A DNA stretch of 64,000 nt from Chrysomallon squamiferum (Eukaryota; Animalia; Mollusca): assembly GCA_012295275.1 (NCBI GenBank), contig CM022671.1, positions 28,086,001-28,150,000 of the forward strand, given 5' to 3'. The translations under genes were made by a program, and so were the position numbers. Of the stretch, positions 1-12,700 are shown piece by piece. The notes under the pieces are model-generated. The model ran no database searches. It worked only from the letters and a program-made list of their open reading frames with translations, and was not told the origin of the DNA. How positions within the stretch are numbered: position 1 is the stretch's first letter; every line of letters begins with the position of its first letter.

Positions 1-63
1 ATTTTTTTTTTTACCTTGTGTGCTGTTTGCACAAATGTGTTTATTATAGTAGTCACACAAAAT

Positions 64-243
64 TACATTTAAAATTTATTATTATCCTGAATTTTTAATA
101 ACAGCATTATTTATTTTTCTTTCAAGTTAAAAGAATATTTGTGCAAGATTATACATTTGATATTTATTATTTTCCTGAAATTTTAATCACATACTTCTGT
201 TATTTTGTTTGTTTTGTTTTTTGTTTTTTTTCAGTTTAAAAGT
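64..243. repeat. Degenerate two-copy tandem duplication, about 87-bp period
   Basis: TACATTTAAAATTTATTATTATCCTGAATTTTTAATAACA near 65 and TACATTTGATATTTATTATTTTCCTGAAATTTTAATCACA near 152; both copies end near TTCA(A/G)..TAAAAG. Confidence 0.6.
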
Positions 244-3200
244 TAAACTTTTTTAACTATATTACACTGCAAAAAATTAACACCAGTGGTTTTAAAACTC
301 ATGGACTTTTCATTTAGATTTATTTATATACAACAAACAGCAGAATGTTAATAGCATTCAGTCCATTTCCCTCCTGTGTTTGAATGACAATCAGTTCAGC
401 AAGTTCCTGCCTCACTTCCATCTCGTAATTTTCCTGCTTCGAGAAGTGTGCAAAAGAACCATTAGCTTTATTAGGTTTATCCTGGGTGTGAAACTTTTCT
501 TTTGTGATAGGAAAAGATTTATAACAAACAAATGGGTCAGTAATATATTTGGTAGGAGCATTACCAAAAGCCAGCACATTGATATGGTAATGTTTACATT
601 ATTTAAAAATATCAATACTAATAGTAATATTAATACTAATACCGATACTGGTAAACTGTGTGGCAGTAATAATAATGAAAAATTATTAGTAATGACGTGT
701 AATATTTAATTAGATTTTTCTAGAAAGCTGAAAGTTGTAGAACTGAACATGAAGGTGTCACAGCATTAAAAATGAAATTGGGAGTGAAATGTTTCAGTGA
801 CAAACATTAACAGCAGATAATACATATTTAAAAATGAATGATCTAATGGATATAACCTCTGGATCAATATACAGTATGTGCACTGCCTTGATCCCAATCC
901 ATTTCCTTTTACAATAAAAAAACCAAAAAAATTAAAAAAATTAAAAAATGAAGAAGAAAAAAAAAAAGGAAAGAAAAAAGAAATGAATAACAACAATCAA
1001 AACCTTTTATAAATAAAACGTCAATCCAAAAGAATGTGGCTTGAAGATTCATTATTGTTATGTCAGAGAATTATTTTAACTGTTTTCTTTCTTTTTGTTT
1101 TCCTTAAGCCTTTATTATTTTATTTTATTTTTTTTAGAAATAAGACATCACAGATAGTTATGTTTTTAATAATGCTACTGTAATATAAAAGTATAACTGG
1201 TTGAAGATCAAATTATAAAAATTAGAAATCATTTAAAAAAAATATTAAAAAATTAATAATAATAAAAATAACAACTGTCTTAATGTATTTATATTTCTTC
1301 CTTTTTTTCTCCAATAATTTTATTAAAACAGTATCACATCTTAATTCCACAGCAAACTGCTCAGTTGCAAACACCAAATCTGACTTTAATCTGTCAAGCA
1401 ACCTTTCTGCCTGATGGAAAATAAAATAAAATGAAATTCAATGAGTCTACTCTGTACAATTCTGCCAACATTTGCAGGAAAACATGCAGAGGCAAACCCA
1501 TTGGTAATACAATTTACCAAATCTATTTTCGACTGCTACAGTTATGTGAATCTCAACTGTCTTACACACTGGCCACATCTGATTAGTTATGGTCACAAGC
1601 ATCTGAATTCTGTGTTGACTTTCTTCTGGCTATGTTTACAAATGGAAATTTGGGTCCATAATAAGGTGAGGTAATGCAAAGCTTGATTATACAGCCTTTT
1701 GCAATGTTACTGAAGGCAAGAGGATAAGATATTCATTTGGCTGCAAGAAAAGCAAAACATTTTCAGTAATTGAAAAGTGAAAGAAAAACTATTGCAGCAG
1801 ATGGAAGATTTGACTTTTTAAAAATGAATAGATCAAAAGATGCCAGTTAAGTGTCTAATAAAAAGATGAAAATTAATTCACAACTCAAAACTCTTCCTGT
1901 TTTTTTGCAGCATTTCTTTCTTCAAAATAATGTTCTGATTATAAATAACAAAAGGCAGTTTGTAAGATTCCTAAAACATTTTTTTAAATGTTTCCCGTCT
2001 TGTACTGTTTAATAATAAAAATATATATATATATATATATATATAATAATAATAAAATAAAACAAAAATACTAAAAAAAACCTAAATAAATAAATAAATA
2101 AAATACAGAAATGTATCAAGAATTCAGATTCTATATTTATGTCGACCCTATCATTATCAAGTGCAGATTCATGCAGGTTTCCTTTGTTTTACTTCCTAAT
2201 TGAAACAGAATATCAATATTAAATCAAACAGATTTGTTATCAGCTGATGTGCAACAGACAGAAAAAGCAATTTCTGATGTTCAGCATTCTGGATTTGACA
2301 GCATAAAAATATTCAAACAACACATGAAGCCAACTCTTGATTGCTTTATATTTTGGATCAGTATTGATCTAGTGACGTTTTATCTACTTATTTCATGCAC
2401 ACAGATTGGATACTCAGTGAGTTATTTGTTACTGGTGAAGAGAACATTATAGCGTCCAGCATAAAAAATGTAATGAAACCTAATTGGCACAAATTCTGAG
2501 AACAGGAGAGTGATATATCTGGTTTCAAATTTACAATATAATGTACGTGGAGGATTACTCGGTGTTAACATTTGAGCATTTTAATGAGAATGGTCGAATG
2601 GAAGATATAACCTGAATCAATCAACTATCAGTATTGTGATTTTAATAGGAAATGTATGATCAGGAATCTCATTATATATACATATATATAAAATATAAAA
2701 CTAGGCATTATAATACATTGACAAATTTTAGCTCAATTTACCAATATAACATAATTTTTGGTATTGTATTAATGATGACAATAATTCAACTTGATCTGTT
2801 CTAGAGAAAGCATGCTGTGATGCTGGAATATTTTCACTTTTAATAATTAATAGGCCTGCACTAGTTCAACAGAAACTGTTCAGATATCAACCATTAACTA
2901 AGCAGCCACCTATAAACACAATACAACGTAAAACCATTTAACCTAGACATTTCTTGGTCTCTACATCCAAATGATTAAAGGCTGGAAGAAGAGGAAGAAG
3001 CAGCAAAATCAGAAATGGTCAAGCTACTTCATGAATAGGCTAATGTGTCAAACACTGAGGCAGTTCTATGTATGTACGTCTCTGCAGAATTCAAGATGGC
3101 AAAGCAAATACAATTAGAGCTCTCCGGCTATTCTAAACAGCCAGACTTTCTCCACTGGGAATGTGGATGATTTAACATGTCAGTGTCCATCTTCACCAGT

Positions 3201-6200
3201 TTGTTTTAATACATTTCCTCAGACCTTGGTCACAAGTATACAATCTCTTGCCACACGGGCTCATATACAAGCGAGATTGAATGGCCATCTGTAGCAGTTC
3301 ATGTTGTAAATTAAAGGAAAAGAAAACACTGACAATCACTACTGACTGTACATTACAGTTAAACACTCGGCATCTTACCATGCCTGTTAGAAAAATGTAT
3401 AACTGTTACTAGGGACATTTTAGGTTGATTCCAGCATTCATTTTGATCTTTCTGAATTGCCTATTTTTGTAAATGTTGTAATAAAAAAAAATATTTATAC
3501 ACACAGCAAAATAAAATTCTTCTATAATCATTAATTAATTTTATATTAAATTTATCTTTTTCAGAATTCAAAATACATGATCTAATTGACTAATATTACA
3601 AATGGTGAAGGTTACTGAAATAAGCCAATTATTTGCAATCTTTAGTTTTTCTCTCTTTTTTTGTTTTAAGGTTAATAAAGAAAACGTTAGAATAAAAAGA
3701 AGATTATGCAATTGCGGACTGGCTGAAGCTGGAAAGAAACAAATGAGAGCACTCAGTAATGATCCCATAACCTTTTATTTCTCACTATCAGTAATCTCAT
3801 GAGGCTCTGAAACAACTATAATGTCACTATTTTATGTGGTTCCTGGTAACTGTTGAAGTTTTGGATAATTAGCTCAACACACCATTTAGTCTGGTTTAGC
3901 ACAGGCAGTACATGGACTGCTTCAGTAAGACCAACACCATCAAGACAGAGATACAAAAAATCAAATAACAACCTAAAATCAATGACAACGTGCATTTTTA
4001 TTTTGTTTTTCAGTAGGTTAATGCTTTTTACACAGTATACACACTAATGTATGTAGATTTGGAAAAAGTGCAGTTTACAGTAGGAATTATTATTACATCT
4101 TAATCCGTACAACTAATTAAAACAAACATTAACCACAGTTATTATTTTCTTGAGACCAATGAAATAAATATTAATATACATGTTATTTCTGTCGTTTTAA
4201 TTTAATGGTAAGGCCAATACATCATAAACAGTATCTCCCAAAGTAACAATGTAAAACACAAGAAAAATCAATATTATTTTTAAAGTAGTACATCTATGTT
4301 AACATTAACTTCCTTTTTCAGTTTTAAATTTAGCTTCTTTTTTTAAATAAATAAAAACAAAAATGCTTTATAAGAAGAAATATATTAATGCTGTGGTTAT
4401 ATTCTAATGAACATGATTTGGTGGCAGGAATATGGGGTTTTTCTTCTTCTTTTTAAACAGTAAATCTTATATTTTTGGTATGGCTGGGTTGCATTTTTTT
4501 TTCTCTTTCTTTTAGGAGCAACTAATTTGATTTGGTGGAGGGGTTTTTTCTGCATTAAAAAAAAAAAAAAGTAGAAAAGGAAAAATAATCTGGATTAATC
4601 AGTAACTGCAGACACGGTAATGAAAAACAGGAAAAGCGAATGTAAAAGCAGCAAATGTATAGAAAGAGACAGCAAATAATTTTGTCCACTTTAAGACCTC
4701 CAGATTAACTTTAACTCCTGTCAATACCAGTGAATGCGGATGATGAAGAAAGTATTTCCAGTGGCTTAAACCTGCATCAAACACAGACCAGTATCACAAA
4801 ATTTCATTTCTTGCTTATTCAAAAGAATAAAAGCAAATATTTTGGTGAATTGAGAACTGGTGTAGGTCTGTCTGCTTCTCTGTATATTTATGTGACAAAT
4901 AACCACTCAGACAGTGACACTCGAAACCAGATCCAGCTGGTGTTTTGCCATTTCTAGCTTTAATGATATAATTAAAAGACCAGTCTAAATATAACATTAA
5001 CTAATTCAGAGAAAATGAGTGACTACCTATAAAGGTTTTATAGGAACTCTAATAACATCAAAAATTTTGTTAATATCTGGTGTGTATAAATTGCACAGGC
5101 TGTGGTCTGCAACGTATGTAGTTTATGTGCTGTTTTCAAATATCACACAACACATGAACATCACTGTATAACAACAATGATGAATACATTTATGCAGAGT
5201 TGACACAGTAACTAATACAACCAAGATAAATGTCATTACATCACTTGCACACACACACTTTAATATATATGCACACAAACAGTCCCACAAATACATGAAG
5301 AACAACCAGACACATACACAGATACAGAACAACACATATTCACACATAAGTGTGTATTATAAAGAGTAAAAATTATTTTGGCTTTCTATTTCCAGCAAGT
5401 CAGCTGTTGGTGAAAAATCAATATCTACCAAAAACAAATGTTACTGTATTTGTCTTGTTGATGCAGTCTGATTGTCCTGTCAATAATAACCCTGATCACC
5501 TGAATAAAGACGTTCGGCAATACAGTTTGCATAATCACTACTCAAAACTGTGACTTAACTACTAACTCAAGATCTCTTGTGCTAGATTAATGTCTGCTAG
5601 TCAGCTGATTAGATCAAGTACAGATACCAAGTATACTCTCCATCACTTTCTTTTCTGTTTTGATAAGGTCAGTTTATGCAAATATAATGAATAATAATCA
5701 CATATTCTGATTCTGTCAAAATGATACAACGTTCAGCAAATGGCTAACTAAAGGTCTAGGATACATTTTATAAAAAGAAGACAAAAATAATAATAATAAT
5801 AACCTTGAAAAACAAAGAACACACATACATACACACCAAAAGAACAAACAAAACCCCTTTTCCCGACTGATTTAGGTAATTAAATATGGAAATAGGTGTT
5901 GATATAGAAAATATTTGAGTAAAAAATCCATCAATGAACTAAATTCCAATGATTTCAGTCTCAGAAATACAATTTAATGAATTCACAACTGCTAAGCCTT
6001 GACAAGTCTAAACTTTTTTTTTTTTTTTTTTTTAAATATTGAATTTAATGTAATTTTAAAGGGATAAGGAATATCGACCACACTAATTAAATTTGTGTGA
6101 ACTTTTTTTTTTATCTTGACAGATTTCTTCACTTTATAATTGATTGCAATATTAAGCATGAATAAACAGAAAACTTAGAATGACAACGAAAAATAATCAC

Positions 6201-6754
6201 TTATTTTTTATTTTTTTAATACTTGCAATAATTTGAACTGAATCTGGCACATCTTGAAATCTGTCAAGCAGTAAAAATCAATCTATAGGCATCTTTCCAA
6301 AAGATACTCAAATTGCTTTCTGGGCTTTATAACAGTCTTTATAACCATATTAGTATTGGCAAAATATACTAGTGGGTGTTTTGTTGGATATAATGCGAGG
6401 GAAGGTATTTCTAGGTTTACTCTTTTTTTGTGAATGCTTATGTTCAAACTCCGAATAAAAAAAAATTATTCCACTTTTAAATAAATAAATAAATAGAGAA
6501 TAAAAAAAAATTAAAATAAAAGAGTTTAAATATTTCAACTTTAAATTAAGAGAGAAAATCCCCATTTACCATGTAAAGCTCTTTACAAGCTTAGATTTTA
6601 TAGCACCTAAAATAATTACTTGTATTGAATATGCTGACTGAAAGGGGAAACAGTTACAGTTAACTGATTAAGTCAGTATTAATTTTTTTTAAATAAGAAG
6701 TATCAAGAATGAAAAAAACAAAAATAAAAACTCTATAATAATTTCAACACTGAC

Positions 6755-9700
6755 CTTTTAATTTTGCCCTGACTTTGTTTGCATTCTTTTTGATTTCAGA
6801 CATAAGTTCTTCCAGTTCTTCTTTCATTTCTGAAATAAACATGTATTGTTGTTAATTCAGTGTTTCCATTTCAAAACAATTTTTCTTCTTTTTTGCAGAT
6901 ATTAAAATATGAAATAACTGTTTAGCAACACTTCATGATAAAATTACACTGGATTTTAGGTGTTATTGAGAATTAAATAATGAGGCAAAAGTTAAAAATT
7001 ACGTACATAAAGGTATCTCTTCACATATCTTGCATTTGTAGTCCATAACAATTTACAGTGAAAATGGTTGCTATATGTTGCAGCAAACATTATGTATGTT
7101 GATAAATTTATGTTATGTAATATAAAAATAAAAAATAAAATATGTTTGCCCCACTTTAATTTATATAATTTTTTTTAATATAATAATGATAAAGAAAAAT
7201 ACACACACATCAAGCTCTCCAAAAACAAATTTCATTAAAACTTACTATCGTCTGTTTGAGGTGCTGACAATATTGCACTGTGCTTTTTCTTAACTTCGTC
7301 CACATTGGAAGATATTTTGTCTATCATCCCCCGGATTTCTTCAACCTGAAAACAAATTATTTCATTTCTGTTATTTTTAATTAACAGGAAAACAGTTAGT
7401 ATTAAAACAAAAAATGAATATTCTTTCAGTGAATCTGGGATTGTTTTTTTTCAAAGTAATATCAAGTATCTTTTGGATATTTCTCAACGTTAATTGTTGA
7501 AAGTAGTATAATTTTATCTGCTTTCCAAATAAACTAAATAATAATAAATATTCTTGACATAAAAACTGTTTGGAAGCATGATGCACATTTCTGTTAATAT
7601 ATGCCTACATAATATATAAGATTTACCAAATGGACACTTTCTCCAAACTTGCTTAAATTAAAAATCATTTTTCTTGCACATTCAAATGCAGTACCTGTAT
7701 CCCTTATTGGTGATGTAAGTATTATTAAATTTAAACAAATGGAAATATATCATGCAAGAACTGACTACAGTTTTCATTCTGTAATTTAAGTAGTTTCATT
7801 TCTGTTATTATTATTTAATAAAACTAAGGAAGTGAAAACAATGACAGGTAACTTGCGAAAGTAAACCAAATGTTAATCAGTGTTTTCATATCTGTATGTA
7901 AACAAAATACATTCTTGTAAAGAAAAAAATGATAAAGGGTTGCTGATGAACGTTGTTTATGTGAAAGAAATATCAATGAAGGAATTGAATGTACCTATTG
8001 TATCGAACAGTAATTTAAAAAATGATAATGAAGTAGCCCAGTTTCCACACAATTCACAGTTTATGGTTTATATAGCATGATATGGAAAATACCCACTTTT
8101 AATAGATTGCTGGGTAAGGCCAATCATAATGATAATCATAATCATTTCTCATTTCTACATTAATATGTCTTGGTATGGTGGTGGTGTTTTGGTGGGGGGG
8201 TTTAAAATATTTTAATTGTTATTATTTTTATTTTTATTTTTAATTCTCTACTGCTGAGCATGCATGCTTTTCTATGAAAAAAAAATAAAAATAAATAAAT
8301 AAATAAATAAAAATTAAAATTAAAATAAATAAATAAATAATTAAAAATAATAAATTTCCAGACATCTCTGGTTTTGTTTACCAATACTGAAATTATAATA
8401 AGGTATAGATTTTTTTGCTTATTTTTTATCTGTTCTTGTTTTCTGTCACAGAACTGAGGTTTTAATACCTTTGGGACTGCCCATCTGAACTTAACCCTTT
8501 CAACATATAATTCATATCTGTCAGATTATTGCCTCCATGGTGACCTCCAATTCAAACAATTTTCATGTTATTTCATATAATTTTTTTTGGTTTATAATCT
8601 ATCAAAAAGCTCTGCCGAATGCATCACTGACAAAGATATAAAATGCAGTAACTGCACAATATCACAAATAGTTAGTCTGGGTTTATCATTAATGGCCTGA
8701 TTCATAGCAGCAACAGATGTAAACGCTTTTCAAACAGGCTGTGATAAAAAGTCACTAGCTTTGAGCTGGCCATTCAAGATACAATGACGAACAATAGTAA
8801 TTGTTAGCCACAAGCAACAACATCAGATTTGTCGTTCATGTGGAAATTCACTCCAACACCAGACAAATGACTTATTATTATTATTATTTATATTTATTTA
8901 ACAAGTAGTTGATTAAACAACTCTCCATATTGCCAATCATTAATATTAATTTTAAATTCCACAACGAATGTAAGTTAACTAAATAAAAATAAATCAATAT
9001 TTTGATTTGCAATGAAAGTTTTTGTGTTACAATTTTATGTGTTAATAAATAATTCATTCTTATAGTTATATACAAAGATTTGATATGGAACAATTTACCA
9101 TTCAGAATTATTATCTGTATGTAGACTGTGTTTATAGTTCGCATAAAAGAAAAAAATGATTATAGGAGTAATTATTGATGTTTGTAGATTGTGACTGCTT
9201 GTTAAAGATTAACTGAACAGATATGTGTAAAATTAATTAATTATGAACATTAATACCTGATAATAAATAATTCGCTGTAACCAACGGAAGAAAAAAAAGA
9301 GTAACAATAATAAATTGATTTATAATTAGCTAAACGGTGTTATTTATTGTGTATAACTGCATGGATACTAAGCTTGCAGTGTTTGTTGTTTTTGAGTGTA
9401 GTCACTGGAGATCACAGTCAATGTAACAGTATTCTATTATTAATGTCAAAACCTGGCGTTTACTTATGAAGGATGGCATAACTTATCTAATAGTTTTTAA
9501 TGAGTATGTAACTGAAATAAAATGTATTAAAGACCAACGTGGATTTGCTGATTTCTAATTGGTTGCATAAAATTTGCCAATATCAGCAAAAAAGAAAACA
9601 ATTGGAACAATAACAATAACAACAACAACCAGTAAATAATAACAGAACTGATTTTAAAAGCTACCAAAAAAGAACAGGAATAATGAGATATTATGACTAC

Positions 9701-12700
9701 AATTGGATAGCATCAGTTAAAGATAGAGGAATACCTGGGAGTAAATAATATTTAGATGTTGTGATATGTAACCTTGTGTCAGGTTAAGAAAACATTGCCC
9801 TGTATGAATCTAGAATTATTGAATTTCTGATTGTGACAAGGCAAGATTTGACAACACAGAAAACAGCTGTGTTCAGAATTATTATTTACTTTCAGATATA
9901 TCTCAGTTATAAACTTTTGACTGGGATTTGAGTTTTTACTTGAAACAAGTATAAAATAATTGGAAGCTAATAGTACATGTTTTAAAACTGGAAAAGCTTA
10001 ACTTTCATTTTCTGCTTAAAGTGTTTCAAGCATAATTACGTCCAGCTTAATTTGTATATATTGACAAGTTTTATAAAATATTTTCCTTGCAATTAATCTT
10101 TGTAGACACTATTTACAGTTTGTCCCCAAGTATATCCGATAAGAGTTGTCTGAAAACATGGGCATATTTTTTAGGGGTACTGGGAAAATTTGGGCAAAAC
10201 CATAAAGAAAATATGGACAAAGCAAATAGCAAAATGCTTGTTGTTTTATATATATTTTTTTTTAATTATTGATTTCCTTTTTATCTGTAAAAACTTTCTG
10301 TTAATCGTCTATTTGGAATCCTCTCTTAACCAAAGAATCCCATAGTGACATACTTTTTATGACATTAGATTATTTAATGATAACATTTTGCTTTGGATGG
10401 CAAGCACTGTCCAGTATTATTTAACTCTATTTATGTCCACTGACAGCTTTATAGCATACATGGACTATTCTGTCTTGTATAAATTATCCACTTAATAGCA
10501 AAAGTATTAAAACAGTTTGCTGGTTCAGACTGACATTCCTGCTAGAACAACTTTAACTTCATCTAGTCACCCCACATATTCAGGGATTGTTTTATTTTTT
10601 AAATAATCTTTTTAAATTCATTTATCCACATCATTTTTACCATCATTAACTGCAAGAATGCACTGCTTTTGAATTCTCAATTCTCAGATGACAAGAAAAC
10701 AGATCAAGGTTGGTTTGGTCTGCAATCATTATAAATTATACCTCATGTTACTTTAACGTCACAGGTGTTATTATGATGATATGGAGATTTAATAAATCCC
10801 AGCAGCAATTTATTGATGTTTCTCACAAACGATATTAAGGAATTAATTTTTGATAAGTGATTTGAGCTGCTAGGTACCTGTGTAAACATTCTGTGCTATA
10901 TATTATGTCTTCAAATATAAACATTCTGTGCTTTAAATTGTGTCTTCAAATAGTTTTGAATACATGTAGGGGAATTAATAAATGTCTGCATACATAAGAG
11001 GTTATTGTTGGTTACAGACCTTCACGTTGTAATACACATATAAAATCATACTTCTGACTTGTTAACAAAAGGGGTTTTTTGTAAACAGTTACAACTTTTA
11101 TATTCTACACAGTAACTGAATATGACTGCAAAGGAATTTATTTTACATAAAACTTAGGTTTTTGCACCTCTTTGTTTTTTAAAAAGGCAACTAATCAACA
11201 GAGTACAACTTTTAAATATCAATAGCATATTCAGCAAACAAAGTAAAACAAAATTTAGACCTTTTTGTACTGACAAATCCAAAAACGATTATTTCATAAA
11301 GTTAACGAAATTAATTTAGATATATGCACATACCTTCACACACATTTACATCTTTAGGTTCATCTGATTGTGATTTCTGACAATATTAAATAATGTGATT
11401 GTATTTTTAAATTGAACAATATTATAGCCACCAATTCAAAGAATATAAACATTTGGCCTAAATTTGAATGCACAGTGTAAATTGCATATTAATTCATATT
11501 AATCGGAGGTCTTTTTTAATATAATTTTTATTATCATTTAAACGTTTTTAATGATTTTTCTAAGTTTGTATTGCAAGCTTCTCATCCCTCAGCAAAGTGA
11601 AGGAAACAAAATATTGATTCAGGCTGAAAATCTCAAAAAGTAATGACAGTACCTAAATGTACCAAACTACCCACTTCCAAACCAATACTATCTATACTGT
11701 ACTTTGGTTAACAAATCTAAACTAAAAATAGAATTAGAGTAAAGTCAGAAATAGATTCAAGCAAGAAAAGATCAATAGAAATATAAGTGGAGAATTAACA
11801 GCAAGTTGTTGGGTTACTCCAGGTTATCGTCTGATTGTGTTCTTTCTACGTGGGACGTTGGTCGACTTCAGATGACTTTTTCATGAAAGACTAGCAGAAT
11901 TTCACATCAGATTAAAATATGACTAATTGCTGCTTGCTAATAAACTTTGGCACTGCCAATAAATACGTCAACAGTATAAATAATTATTTTAATTTTATTA
12001 CACTAATGCAATACATTAAATCTACTGTTCATATTAGCAAATCATTTTAATATTACAAAATTATATTTTTATAAACTACTTGTTCTAGTAAATAAAATGG
12101 ACAGAAAATATCAATTTTGAAAACAATATAAGTATAAAAAGTACTTCATCTGATAGTAACAGCCTTTTTTTCTATAATTGCTTTCATCTTAAAGCAAATA
12201 TAAAAAAATAAAAAAATAGAATTTTGAAATTATAGTACTCAACTGAAAAAGTTATTTTTGAATAGTAAATATTACACTGCTGTGTTTTGTGACAAATATA
12301 TGAAGTGTTTAATTGTGCGTATCAGAAAAACAGGAAGTTTTTCCCAAAAATATATTTTGTTACACCTGACATCAGAAAACGTTTTACTAACTGATGTGAC
12401 TGAACAAAACCAACAATATTTAGTAATAATAAGAAAAACCATACAGTGATTAACATATGTTTTGTGCAAAAACAATTTCACAAGTTTTCGTATATTCACA
12501 GCATCCTTAATTTGTTTGTAGATAAACTGTCAACTGATACACTGACAAACATATACAGTGTAGATCAGCAGAATCAGTTTCTGAAATATTAATCAGAAGT
12601 AAACATACTGAATAGTAAAACCAACAGAAAGAAAAATTATTCCTTACAAAACAAAAAATAAAAAGAATTTTAATTTTTAATCTATTAAAAAATATATAAT

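Noticed and set aside
3140-3230. CTGAGGA (hammerhead core) and AAGGTCTGAG (RNase P CR-I-like) on the minus strand
   Set aside because: The partner motifs (stem II followed by GAAA; CR-V) are not in the required positions.
320-6700. Many 60-110 aa ORFs in syntaxin intron 4, considered as a nested gene or syntaxin exon 5
   Set aside because: Low-complexity F/I/L/K composition, non-ATG starts and no splice-consistent chain. The expected IEQNIEQEE...DLRIRKTQ exon is not present.
11800-11900. Short similarity to the end of syntaxin exon 3 (possible mutually exclusive exon)
   Set aside because: The match is only about 16 nt, stops occur in all frames, and there is no donor in the right position.
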